A stretch of 64,000 nucleotides of DNA, taken from positions 100,675,082 through 100,739,081 of the forward strand of contig NC_090373.1 in assembly GCF_036365525.1 (NCBI RefSeq), written 5' to 3'. Positions 11,960 through 24,858 of the stretch are shown here, piece after piece (position 1 is the stretch's first letter; each line of letters opens with the position of its first letter). A program made the translations under genes and the position numbers. This stretch comes from Heterodontus francisci. Taxonomy: Eukaryota. The notes beneath the pieces were generated by a model. The model did not search any database and was not told where the DNA came from. It saw nothing but the letters and a program-made list of their open reading frames with translations.

Positions 11960-14025
11960 AGAGCCAGAGAGTGCATGGATTGGAGGCATCCTACTGGTTT
12001 GAATAGGGAATTGTTAAGAGGGAGGAGACAAAGTGTAGGGATAATGGATAAGTGACGAATGGTATTTTCCAGGGTTCTGTACTGCTGTCTGAGCTTTTCA
12101 CCATATTTATAAATAATTTAGATGAAGGAAGAGAGAGCTGCATATCTAAGTTTACTGATAACAATAAACAGTGTAGATGGTAGATGCAAAGCAACATTGA
12201 TAGATTAAGTAAGTGGGAATTCAGTCGGGAAAATTGTGAGGTCATCCGCTTTGGACCTAAGAAAGACAGATCAAAGTATGTTCTAAATGATGAGAAGCTC
12301 AGAACTGTAGACAAGAAATTTAGATGTCCAAGTACAGAAATCACTAAAAGCTAGGAGACAGGTATAAAAAATAATATAAAAGGCTAATGGAAGCCTTTAT
12401 CAGAAGGGGTTTTTATACAAGAGGGGAAAATCATGTTATAGTTGTACAAAGCTCTGGTTAGACCTCATCTGCAGTACTGCATTCAGTTCTGGATCGTACA
12501 TCTCAGGAAGAATATATTGACCTTGGAGGGAATGAAGCACAGATTCACCAGAATGATACTGGGGTGAAAGGGTTAAATTATGAAGACAAATTGCATAGAG
12601 CAGGCTTGTATTCTGTCACACTCATGCAGTACGAACTTTTGAAATATAAATATGAACTTATGAAGTATCAACCCAAAACAGACACTTTCCTAGAAAACAA
12701 AATGGAGTTGAGAGGTCAGGTGACCTTTCCTTTCCTGACAATACACATGGAACTGCAAGAACCTCAAGCTAATTTTCATGTCTGGACAAGTCTTGGCAAA
12801 GTCATTAAAATGCAAACAACCCTTCCTTTGGTAATGGCTCCATTTCTCCAACAAATTTAAACAAAACCTGGACTTGCAATACTGTTGCAGACTCTTTGAC
12901 TCCAAACTTGAAATCCAGAAAATGGGTGTGAAAAGCTCTATTTTATCAAGATGGTATATGGATGAGTGATACCCGGACTCCACTGTCTGACAATGGCCTA
13001 TCCATCAGAAACTAGGTTTCTGATAACGGGTTTTAATATGGTACATTCTGAGCAATAGGGAACAGGAAAAACATCTATGCCAACAACGAGAAAATACCCA
13101 GCCTAAGACAAGCAGCTTTAAGCCACATTTAGACAGAAACTCGAGTTGGCCCTGAACTCTCCACCTGAGGAACTGTACCAGGCCTTTGACAGTGAACCTT
13201 GACTGAAGTATAACAAGAGAAATCTGCTGCTGCGAACATAAAACAAGAAATCCATCCTCCTAAATCTCCAGAGATTTTCTTCCGTGGACAAAAAAAGGAT
13301 TACAGGCTTGCATCGTTTCAAATCTTCACCCCAGGGAAAAGCAAGTAACAGAGAACGGTTGAAATAATAAGGGCTACTTGCATGCTACTTTTATAATCAC
13401 AATCTTTTCTTGAGTATGTGTGTATCTGTATGAGTGTGAGAGTGGTATAGTTGTGTATATATTCAGGTGTTGAACAATAAACATTTAACTTTCTTTTAAA
13501 ACTTATGAGAAAACCTGTCATTTGTTCCTGACAATTAAAGCACTCAGGAGCTAAAACACTTTTTTCAAACAAGATGTCTTCAGTCAGTAGAGAGGTAAAA
13601 AGGGGGAGCTATCCTTATCATCTCTCTCCTGTCCATAACAATTCTCTTGAATATGGAGGGTTAAGGGGTGATCTAATTGAGGATATTAAGATCATTAAAG
13701 GATTTAATAAGGTAGGTAGAGATAAACTATTTCCTCGGGTGGGTGACACCAGAATAAAGGAATATAACCTTAAAATTAGAGCTAGGCTGTTCAGATGGAC
13801 AGGAAGCACTTCCTCACACAAAGGATGGTGGAAATCTGGAATCTTTCCCCCAAAAAGCTGAAGAGATCAATTGAAAATTTCAAAACTAGGACTGATAGAT
13901 CTCTGTTTGCAAGGGTATTAAGCATTATGGAAAAATATGTGCAGAAAGAAAAGATAGATACAGATCAACCATGATCTAACTGAATAGCAGAACAGGTTCC
14001 AGAGGTTGAATGGCCTACTCCCTGG
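11960..14025 (+). mobile_element. Degenerate CR1 fragment interrupted by the solo LTR at 12614-13640
   Basis: CR1 RT remnants resume across the LTR (gcaggcttgtattc | tcttgaatatggagggttaaggggtgatct, LRGDLIE). Confidence 0.8.
12614..13640. mobile_element. Solo LTR (about 1.03 kb)
   Basis: TGTCA...TAACA termini with 4-bp target-site duplication ATTC (12610-12613 / 13641-13644); splits a CR1. Confidence 0.85.
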
Positions 14026-14950
14026 GTACAGCATCATACTGGTTAGTTACTGGACTAGTCATCCGGAGGCCAAACGACATAAGTTCAAATCCCACCAAGG
14101 CAGCTGCAAAATTTAAAGTCAGTTAGTTAAATAAATCTGGAACAAAAAGTTAGTCTCTTTATTGGGGACCATTTAACTACCGGATTGTCATAAAAAGCCA
14201 TCTGGTTCATTAATGCCCTTTAGGGAAGGAAACCTGCCATCCTTACCCTGTCTGGCTATATGTGATTCCAGACCTATAGCAATGTGGTTGACAGTGAACT
14301 GCCTCCTCAAATGGCCTAGCAAGTCACTCAGTTTACCAAGCCACTACAAAAAAAGTATAAGAATAAAACCACAGACCACCCGGCATCAACATAGGAACCA
14401 TCACAACCAGCCTAGTCAACCCTGCAAACTCCTCCTTACTTACATCTGGGGACCCATGCCAAAATTGAGAGTGCTGTCCCCCAGACTAGTCAAGCAACAG
14501 CTTGAAATAATTATTCTGACAGAATCATACCTTTCAGGCAATGTCCCAGACTCCTCCATCACCCACCAGCAGGGCAGACCCACCAGAGGTGGCGACTCAG
14601 TGGTATACTGGGAGGGAGTAGCCTTGGGAATGTTTAACACTGACTCTGGATGCCACCAATTCTCAGGGCATCAGATCACACATGGGCAAGAAAACCTTCT
14701 GCTGATTATCACCTACTGCCCTCCCTCAGCACTGAGGATAGGTAGCAAGGGTACAGAATGCACTCTGGGTGGAGGACTTCAATGTCCATCACCAAGAGTG
14801 GTTCAATCACACCACCACTGATGAAGCTGGATAAGTCCTGAAGGACATATCTACCAGACAGGGCCTGTGGTAGGTAGTCAGAGAACCAACACAAGAGAAA
14901 AACCACGTGAACTTCTTCTCACCAAACTACCTGTAGCAGATGCATCTGTT

Positions 14951-17900
14951 CATAGGAACATAGGAACAGGAGTAGGCCATTCAGCCCATCAAGCCTGTTC
15001 TGCCAATCAATATGATCATGGCTGATCATCCACTTCAATGCCTTTTTCCCACACTATCCCCATATCCCTTTGTGTCATTGGTATTTAGAAATCTATCAAT
15101 CTCTACTTTAAACATACTCAATGACTAAGCTTCCATAGCCATCTGGGGTAGAGAATTCCTAAGATTCACAACTGTCTGAGTAAAGAAATTTCTCCTCATC
15201 TCTGTCCTAAGTGGCTTCCTCCTTATTTTGAAATTGCGTCCCCTGGTTCAAGACTCCCCAAGCAGGGGAAACATCTTACCTGCATCTACCCTGACTATCC
15301 CTTTAAGTATTTTGTCGGGTTCAATGAGATCACCTCTCGTCCTTCGAAGCTCTAGAGAATACAGGCCCAGTTTCCCCAATCTCTCTTCAAAGGAAAGTCC
15401 TGCCATCCCAGGAAAGGTCTGGTCAACCTTTGTTGCACTTCCTCTTTGGCAATAATATCCTTCCTAAGGTAAGGGGACATAAACTGCACACAGTACTCCA
15501 GGTGCAGTCTAACCAAGGTTCCACACAATTGAAGCAAGACTTCACTACTCCTGTACTCAAATTCTCTTGTGATAAAGGCCAACATACCATTAGCCTTTCT
15601 AATTGCTTGCTGCACCTGCATGCTAGCTTTCAGTGACTTACTGACGAGGACACCCAGGTCCCTTTGTATATCCACACTTTCTAATCTCTTACCATTTATG
15701 AAATACTCTGCACATCTATTCCTCCTACCAAAGTGGATAACCTCACATTTTTCCACATTGTATTCCATCTGCCATGTTCTTGCCCACTCACTACGTCTGT
15801 CCAAGTCCCCTTGAAGCCGCTTTGCATTTTCCTCACAACACACATTCCCACCTAGTTTTGTGTCATCCGCGAACTTGGAAATACTACATTTGGTCCCCAC
15901 ATCCAAATCATTGATATATATTGTGAACAGCTGGGGCCCAAGCACTGATCCCTGCAGTACCCCACTTTTCACAGCCTACCAATGCAAGAATGACCCATTT
16001 ATTCCTACTCTCTATTTTCTGCCTGTTAACCAATCCTTAATCCATGCCAGTATATTACCTCCTATCCCATGTGGTTTAATTTTGCTAACCAACTTCCTGT
16101 GGGGGACTTTATCAAAAGCCTTCTGAAAATCCAAGTATACTACGTCCACTATGTCAAGTCTGTTACTAACATCCTCAAAGAACACCAACAGGCTCATCAA
16201 ACATGATGTCTCATTCATAAATCCAGGTTGACTATGCCCAATCAGATCATTATTATCCAAGTGTTCATTTATCACATCCTTTAGAATAGATTCTAGCATC
16301 TTCCCATTTCTGATGTAAGACTAACAGGTCTGTAGTTCCCTGTTTACTCTCTCCCTCCCTTCTTAAATAATGGGGTGACATTTGCTCCCTTCCAATCTGC
16401 AGGAAGCATTCCAGAACCTATAGAATTTTGGAAGATGATCACCAATGCATCCACAATCTCCACAGCTACCTCTTTCAACACTCTGGGATGTAGAATATCA
16501 GGTCCTGGGGACTTATCAACCTTCAGCCCCGTTAATTTCTCCAATACAACCTTCTTACGAATACCAATTTCCTTCAATTCCTCATTCTCCCTAGTCCCTT
16601 GGATCTCTAATTCTGGGCGATTTCTTGTATCTTCCTCAGTGAAGACAGACACAAAGTAATCATTTAGCTTTCCTGCCATTTTTCTATTCCCCATTATAAA
16701 TTCTCCTGACCCTGCCTGTAATGGACCCACATTTCTCTTAGTCAAATGTTTCCCTTTTACGTACCTTGTTATGACCAGGTGAGAAAGGGGCTCCCTCTCA
16801 GCTTTTGCCTGCTTTAACCGTAACAGGGTTTTATTTTTAAAAATACTGTTTTTAGCTCCCCTTCAGTGAATCCTTGTTCACTGCTTTCCAATTGTAAGGT
16901 AAATCAATCAATCAGACAGATTTTATTAGATTTAACCAAGCAAGGTGGAAGTTTATTAACCTTAAACTCTAATGGCTGACCAGACAGTCGGGGTTTCCAT
17001 TTGGGAATCCTCCCGGATTTCCTTTAACCTGCCCTCTTGGTCCCTTTTTCCCTTTCCTTTCTAACCTTTTGCCAGCCTTGTGTCTGCTTGTCCCCTTTTG
17101 TTCTCGGCAGGGGTCTCTTACAGTTCACCAGCCCTCTGCTGGAGGGTCTTCTAAACACTGATACAGGACTTAGGGATGCAGATTTCACTGTAGGTTGGGG
17201 TTTCCCCTCAACCTGGCACATGTGGCAACTCCTGCAGTACTCCACCACACCTTTGTCAAGTTTTGGTCAGTCAAATTGCTGCCTTATGCAGGCTTTGGTT
17301 TTTTGTATACTGACATGTACAGCCATTGTAATCTCATGGGCCATTCTTAATATTTCTCTCCAGAACCTCTGCGGCATCACTAACTGGTGAACCACTGTCC
17401 ACTCCTTGCTCTCAGGTCTGTGAGGAGAACTCCACTTCCTCATCAGTACCTCATTCTTTAAATAGTAGCAGTCAGGGACACCCCCTGCTTTAATTTCAGA
17501 CTTGCAGCCTGTGCTAACTCTCTCAAAACTGGGTCAGCTTGCTGAGCCTCAGCTAGGGAAGATTCATTTAATTCATTCACTGGGTCTTCTAACTTTCCAA
17601 AGAAAGTCTCAGACAGATAGACCTCATGGTCATCTGCCTGCAGTGCCAATTCAGTCCCCTCTGGCAGAGCTGGTTTGGTCATGGCCTGATTCATTACACA
17701 TTCAGGGAAACTGCAGGGGACCATCTCCTGCCACTGCCCTGTCTCCCTGACCTCTGTCTTTCACTATTGGGGAAGCTACCACCTTCGTCCCTGCCAGATC
17801 ATTACCTAGGAGCAAGTCAACCCCGTCCAAACTAGGGACAATCCCTACGGTAACTGGTCCCGAAACTAAGTCGCACTCCAAGAGCGTCCAGTATAAAGGC

Positions 17901-20660
17901 AGAGGCATAGACTGCCCTCCAATACCATTCACCACCATTCTGATGTTTACTGCGCTCTCTGGGGGAAAGGTCAGGACTTTTTCCAGTAAAAGGGATCTGG
18001 TGGCCCCTGTGTGCCTAAGAATTACTATGGGCTTGCTTGGCTCAACCAAGGGTTATGGGGTTACTTTTCCTTCAGACACAAAACCCTGCTAACCTTCAGG
18101 AATCCTATTAAATTTTTCTGCACTTGCAGCCATAAGCTTCCTGGGTCTCACTCTTACTGCAGTTAAAGCCACAGCTTGTTCTGCTGTGCTTTCCATCAGG
18201 GTCCCTTCTCCTTCACTGAGCAGGTGTGCCCTGATTAACCCTCCAGGTTTTCCCTTTAGTTTCCAGCAGTCAGCTCTTAGATGCCCTGCTTTATTGCAAT
18301 GGAAGCACATAGGTCTCCGGGTCTCACTCCTACTTACAGCACCTTCCTTTTTGGCTGGAGGAGGGCCCCCTGTGTTTCCTGCTTTTCTTTCCCTTCCAGG
18401 ACTGCTTGGGCTTCTACCACCTTCCCACCCTCTGCCCTTTTTGGATTGTGGGAGATGGTCCCCTGCAGTTCCCTGGGGAGATGACTTATAAATGAGAGCA
18501 AACTCATTGGCCAGAACTGCTGCCTGCCAGGCTCTATGAACCTTCTGTTCCTCTACATGTGTCTTTATGAAAAGTGGGAGAGAGTTTTTAAATTCTTCTA
18601 GCAAAATTACCTCTCTGAGATTTTCGTAGTTGAGCTGCACTTTAAGAGCCCTCAGCCACTGGTCCAGGTAAGTTTGATCAGCTTGCTTCTTGAGGGCTCT
18701 AAATATTTGGTGATAGGCTTCCGGTACTAACTTATGCCCTGAGGATAGCATTTTTGGTCAGTTCATAATCTGATGAACTCTCATCTGGCAACATGGAATA
18801 AACCTCATGGGCTTTTCCTATCAACTTTCTTTGTATTAGCAGAGTCCAACCCTCAGCTGGCCACTTTAACTGTCTTGTAGGTTTTTCAAAAGACACAAAA
18901 AATGCTTCCACATCTCCCTCATTGAAGTTTGGGAACAACTGGGAAAGTTTTAACAATTCTGTACCCAGCCCTGAATTATGCCCCTCCATATTGGCCATGC
19001 TTTCACTGGGGTTACTCTGTCACCCCTTAGTTAACTTAAGCCGCCTCAGTTGTCTCTCTTTGCATTTCTTCTGGAAGGCTCTTTCTTTCTCTCTCTCCTC
19101 TCTCTCTCCTCAAATTCAAGTCTCCTCTGTTCTAATTATAGCTTTGCTAGCAATACTCTGTCGGCGTCTATTTCTAACCCTGTTTCTGCTTCTTCAGATT
19201 CAAGGGAAAAATGGTTGGCCACTAGCCTTAGGAGTTCAGACTTTCTAGCCTTGCCACGGACAGTGATCCCACACTATTCAGCAATTTTCCTCAACTCCTC
19301 CATAGACAGTGCTTTAACTTATCCCAAGTTACTTCACCCTGGCTTGGGGAGCTACGAGCTTCAGTTGCAGACATGTTAGCATTCTAGCACACACAACCAC
19401 AAGAAAACCTATATTGAAATCTTTTCTCTTTTTGATTGGGATCAATTTGGCTTCCCACATCCAATCTCATTTGTCTGTGGGTCAAATCCAGGATGCTAGC
19501 CCCAAATTTCTGTTACAACCAGGTAAGAAAGGGGTCTAGGGATTCCCTCTCAGCCTTTGCCTGCTTTAACCGTAACTGGGTTATATTTTTAAAAACATTA
19601 TGGTTTTAGCTCCTCCTCAGTGAATCTTTGTTCACTGCTTTCCAATTGTAAAGCAAATAAATCAATCAGACAGGTTTTCTTAGATTTAAACAAGAAAGGT
19701 GGAAGTTTACTAATCTTAAAACTCTAATTCGGTTATGCAATGTGACCATGCTATCATGCATACGTGATAAACACACATGCAGATAGAGACAGAAAAAGTA
19801 GAAAGAATAAAGGGGAAAAGTTTGAGGCAATAGCTGGGTGTATTTACAGTCCTTTGAGTTCAGTGTGGAGTCTTTGGTTGCCGGTAAGTCTTGCTGTTTG
19901 TTGGGGCCCAGTGCACGCTTCAACTTGTTTCAATGTAGGAGTCTTTTCTCTCTTGAGGTTTAAGTGACTTCAGTGGGTCCAGAGGTTGTGAGAAAACGAA
20001 AGAGAGCTAGCTAGGAGAGAGGCTCTCTTGTTCCAGGTTCAGTTGCAATCTGCAGTCTGTCCTCAAACTGTCCTGTGTGTAGTTCACAAAAAAGCCTGGG
20101 CCAGCAGGTTAGTCATGCGACCAGCTGGTTTAACCACTCCTGCATTTGCAGGTTCTCCATCTTAGCAGACACTGGAATGCAAGCTTTCTTACACCTTCAG
20201 TATCTGGTGATCTAAATCCATTTGGGGTAATTGGATCAGGAAGTAGTTGCTTTGTCTCTCCAACCACTGTCGCTTAGTATGTAAATATCCTCCAGCCAAA
20301 TGTCTGGTAAACTCTTTGAACAAGTCATTTCTTCACTCCAGCAACAGTTTCAGATTAATGTTCATATGACAAAATTAATATGCGTCATTCTTGGCAGGTA
20401 GGGGTCTTCATGACAACCTATAGAAGCTTTTACAGTCCGTTTTTCTGTTTTTTGCTAGTTTACATTATATTCTATTCTCCCTTTCTTTATCAGTTTCTTG
20501 GCCCTCATTTGCTGTATTCTAAAATCCTTCCAAACCTCAGGTTTACTACTATTTCTGGCAACTTTATAGGCCTTTTCTTTTAACCTTATACAATCCTTAA
20601 CTTCCTTTGTTAGTCACGGTTGACTGCCTTTACTTTTGGGTTTTTTGTGCCTTGAAGGCA
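14951..20660 (-). mobile_element. CR1 LINE fragment (RT), interrupted by the LTR element at 16767-20415
   Basis: Minus ORFs with [28 protein letters not shown] and FADD; tail cataggaacataggaac at 14951. Confidence 0.92.
16767..20415 (-). mobile_element. Gmr1-like Gypsy LTR retrotransposon, non-autonomous and decayed (5' LTR 19511-20415; 3' LTR truncated, 16767 to about 16975)
   Basis: TG...CA ends, TSD ACCT. SCAN-like gag (EAYHQIFR...LREVILLEEFKNSLP), CCHC knuckle CFHCNKAGHLRADC, protease remnant ILRHTGA, integrase zinc finger YCRSCHMCQ. PBS-like tggggctagcatcctggat. Confidence 0.9.
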
Positions 20661-23600
20661 GTATTAATAGGAGTGACCCAGTCCTTATGGAGACAAAGTT
20701 CTGTCTTCACACTGAGGACACCCTCCATCGTGTGATGGGCCACTAGAACTGTACTAAATGGGACTGATTCAGAACAGATTTAGCAGCTCAAAACTGGGCA
20801 TTCATGAGGCGCTGTAGGTCATCAGCAGCAGCAAAATTGTATTCCACCACAATCTGTAATCTGATATCCTGACATAATCTGTAACCTCATAGCCCAACAT
20901 ATCCCTCACACCACCATTACCATCTAGCCAGGGCACCACAGAATCACAGAATTGTTACAGTGCAGAAGGAGGCCATTCGGCCCATTGTGTCTGCACTGGC
21001 TCTCTGAAAGAGCAATTCACTCAGTTCCATTTCCCCAACTTCTCTCCATAACCCTGCACATTCTTCCTTTTCATGTAACAGTCAAATTCCCTTTTAAATG
21101 CTTCAATTGAACCTCTCCAATGCCCTCACATCTTTCCTAAAGTGCAGCGCCCAGAACTGGATGCAATACTCCAACTGACGCTGAACTACTGTCTTATTTC
21201 AATGAAGAGTGTAGAAGGATATGCCAGGAGCAGCACCAGGAGTACCTGAAAATGAGATGCCAACATAGTGAAGCTACAACACAGGATTATATGCATGTTA
21301 AATAACAGAGCAGCATGCTATAGACAAAGTTACGCGATCCCACAAGTAATGGATGTGATCAAAGCTCTGCAGTCCTGTCACACCCCATCGTGAATGGTGG
21401 CGGACAATTAAACAACTAACAGGAGAAGGCGGCTCCATGAACATCCTCATCCTCAATGCTGGTGGAGTCCAGCATGTGAGTGCAAAAGACAAGGCAGAAG
21501 CGTTTGTAACCTTTTTCAGCCGCAAGTGCCGAGTGGAAGATCCATTACAGAAACCAATCTTCAGCCATTTACTCCACATAATAGCAAGAAATGGTTGAAC
21601 CCACCAGATACAGCAAAGGCTAGGGGCCCAACATCATCCTGGGTGTACTGCTGAGGACGTGCTCCAGAACTACCCGTGCCTCTAGCCAAGCTGTCTCTCG
21701 TATAGCTACAATACTGATATCTACCCGACAAAGTGGAAAATTGCCCAGGTATGTCCCGTCAACAAAAAGGAGACAAATTTAATCCAGGCAATTGCTGCCC
21801 CATCAGTCTACTCTCAATCATCCAACTGATAGGAGGTGTTGTCGACAGTGCTATCAAGTGGCACTTACTCACCTATAACATGTTCACTAACGTTGAGTTT
21901 GGGTACTGCCAAACTCCTGTCCCAGCCCCAAACCATGAGGTGCAATGGAGTCTACTGGTGGATGGGTGCCCCTATGTGGGTGATGACTACCAGACTCTCC
22001 TACTCACAGTGGATGTGTTTTCTGGCTTGAAGTTTCCAACCCATCACAAGCAGTTTGAAGTGAAGACTTTTGTATTTCTGGATGAAGTTTGGGTACTTGG
22101 CTCCATACGTCATTACAGCCTTGGTCCAAACATTAACAAAAGAGCTGAATTCCAAAGATGAGCTAACAGTGACTGTCCTTGACATCAAGGCAACATTTTT
22201 CTGAGTGTGTTAAAAAGGAGCCCTAGTAAAACTGAAGTCAATGGGAATTAGGAGGAAAACTCTCAGTGACTGGAGTCATACCTAGCACTAAAGAAGATGT
22301 TGTGGTTGGGGGAGGCTGTTCATCTCAGTCCCAGGACATCACTGCAGGAGTTCCTCAGGGTAGTGGCCTAGGTCCAACCATCTTCAGCTGCTTCATCAAT
22401 GACCTTTCTTCCATCATAAGATCAGAAGTGGGGATGTTCGCTGATGATTGCACAGTATTCAGTTCCATTCACATCTCCTCCGATAATGAAGCAGCTCATG
22501 CCTGCATGCAGCAAGACCTCGATAACATTCAGACTTGGGCTAATAAAGTGTGAGTAACATTCACGCCACAAAGCTGCCAGGCAATAACCATCTCAGAGTC
22601 TGGGTATTCTGTGGAAAGTGACTCACCTCCTGACTTCCCAAAGCCTTTCCACCACCTACAAGGCTTACGTCAGGAGTGTGACGGAGTATGTCTGGATGAG
22701 TGCAGCTCCAAGAAAATTGACACCATTTAGGACAAAGACAACTGCTTGATTGGGACCCCAACTACCACCTTAAACATTCACTCCCTCCACCACAGCATAC
22801 CATGGCTGCAGTGTGTACCATCTACAAGTTGCACTGCAGCAACTCGCTAAGGCTTCTTCAACAGCACCTCCTAAACCTGCAAACTCTACTGTCTAGAAAG
22901 ACAAGGGCAGAAGGCATAAGGTAACATCACCACCTGCAAGTTTCCCTCCAAGTCATACACCATCCTGACTTGGAAATATATCGCCATTCCTTCATCATTG
23001 CTGGGTCAAAATCCTGGAACGCCCTGAACAGCACTGTGGGTGTACCTTCACCAGACTGCAGTCTGCAGTGGTTTAAGAAAGCCGTTCACCACCACCTTCT
23101 CAAGGTGGGCAATATATACTCAACATATCCCACAAATAAATGAAAGAACTCTTGTAACTATGAGTGAGTTAGGAATAGAAGTGAGAGACAAGTCAGCAAG
23201 CAAAGTTTTTCTGACAGTAGGGAATTGTAATTTTCATTGGTGTTGCAAATGTTTTGCAGGTCCTGCAGTAAAATGCAGCTTTGATTTCGCAATGGCCTTC
23301 ATCTTGCTTTGAAATACAAGTTGAAAATAAGTTGAAATTCTATTTTACTTCAAAAACAATTAAAAGTTATTTATTTTTGAAAATGAAAGTATAAAATGTT
23401 TTCATTTTTTCCAGGTATTTCTATTTAAACCAATGTGGCTACAAAGCACTTCAGACAGTTTGTAGGAAGTTTAGGACCAGGGAATAACATTAGTGATAGG
23501 AGTCTTTTATACTGAATGACAAGTAAATAATAGATACAGCAGGCTCTGATTGCATTTTAATGCTTCTGCTATAACCAATGTTCATTAATTAATATCGGCT

Positions 23601-24179
23601 TCATTTATACTAGTCATATTAGATTGACAAACACATACACTAGATACTGTTAATTTAGCTAAATATCAGAGTAAAACTGCAGCATAAACATACTTGCGTT
23701 TGTATATGTGTTCAAGTATGCATCTATGCACAGTTAATGGCACTCTGAGATTACCACCATATATGGATGTCAGCGCAGGAGTCATAACTGGAGCAAAGTG
23801 AGATTTTCTTGCTGCATACTGTGATTTTCACATTTAGTTCACTTTCAGAGAATATTTGACATCAAGATCATGGTATAACAAAATATTTAGCATTATTGTA
23901 GTTGAGGATTTAACCCATAATTGTGGCTTAATAGTACGATAATAACGGGTTAGGAGTATAGTGAGCACTGAAGGATTGACAGTTTGAATGCAATTTTGAT
24001 GTTATCACATGTAGTATATCAAGTCATAATCTACAATTCATCATTAAAAGTTAACAGTTCATATTAATGTATGTAGATTTATAAAAACACCAGACAATTT
24101 CCTGTGGCTTTACAAAGGGGGAGCCACGACAAAGATGTTTCAGGCCAAACTGAGTTAGAGTCAGAAAAATAACTGAATC

Positions 24180-24550
24180 AAGGGAACCGGAGAGGAATGA
24201 TAGAGAAAGGAGTGGGGAAGGGTGAAGAAAGAGGGGAATGTTAGGGTCAGAGCAAGGGGAAGAGGAACACAGGGGAGCAGAAAGAGAACGGAGAGCGAAA
24301 GATGGGAGGGAACAGAGTAAGGATGTGAGGGGAGAGTAGAGGAAGAGGGGGAGAAAATGGAAGAAGAGGGCAGAGAGGACATGGAGAACATGGGGAAAGG
24401 AGAGAGGAAAGGGAAGGAGGAAAGGGGGACAGGGAGTGGGAAAGGAAAGATGGGAAAGGAGTGGTGAGAAAGAGAGGAAGATGAGGGGTTGGGGCGAGGA
24501 AAAGGAAGAATGGGGGAGGGGAAGGAGAGAGAAAGAGCAGAGGGGGTACA
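24180..24550 (+). repeat. Purine-rich (GA) low-complexity tract
   Basis: About 370 bp strongly enriched in G and A on the plus strand. Confidence 0.85.
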
Positions 24551-24858
24551 GCTGAAGGTTAATATATGTTATTCCAATTGGGGCTGAGATGCTAGTGGAG
24601 GTTTTCCATTCAGGGAGAGTAGGGTTTGATATGTGATTTGACCTCATTCAGAAGGAGACAGGTGGTGAATCTCACATCAGTGGGGGAGGGTGGGCAAGAG
24701 AGAGAGAGAGAGAGAGGTCTAGTCAGTCAGGCAGACTGTTTGTGGTGGTGTAACACTTCTCCTGTTGCGGGGGACGTCTTACCAGGGGTAAGCAATGGGG
24801 CACAGGTATCTGGCTCAGAGTCTGTCCCTGTTGTCAGAAGGGAAGGGGGAAGAGGAGC

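Larger units (their letters stand above)
14030..23140 (+). mobile_element. Degenerate tRNA-headed LINE (CR1/L2 group, APE+RT), split by nested insertions at 14951-20660 and about 20940-21195
   Basis: tRNA-like head; APE remnants (IIILTESYL, RPTRGG, ITYCPPS); RT remnants (PISLLSII, GVPQGSGLGPTIF, MFADD); 3' tail caccaccaccttctcaagg. The sequence resumes across the insert (gatgcatctgttcat...cagtattaataggagtgacc). Confidence 0.78.

Noticed and set aside
18089-18751. Host SCAN/zinc-finger gene nested in the intron
   Set aside because: It lies between LTRs with a TSD, is frameshifted, and is followed by protease and integrase remnants, so it is retrotransposon gag.
24051-24647. 198-aa Leu/Ser/Pro/Phe-rich minus-strand ORF
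   Set aside because: Artefact of the CT-rich low-complexity strand, which lacks stop codons.
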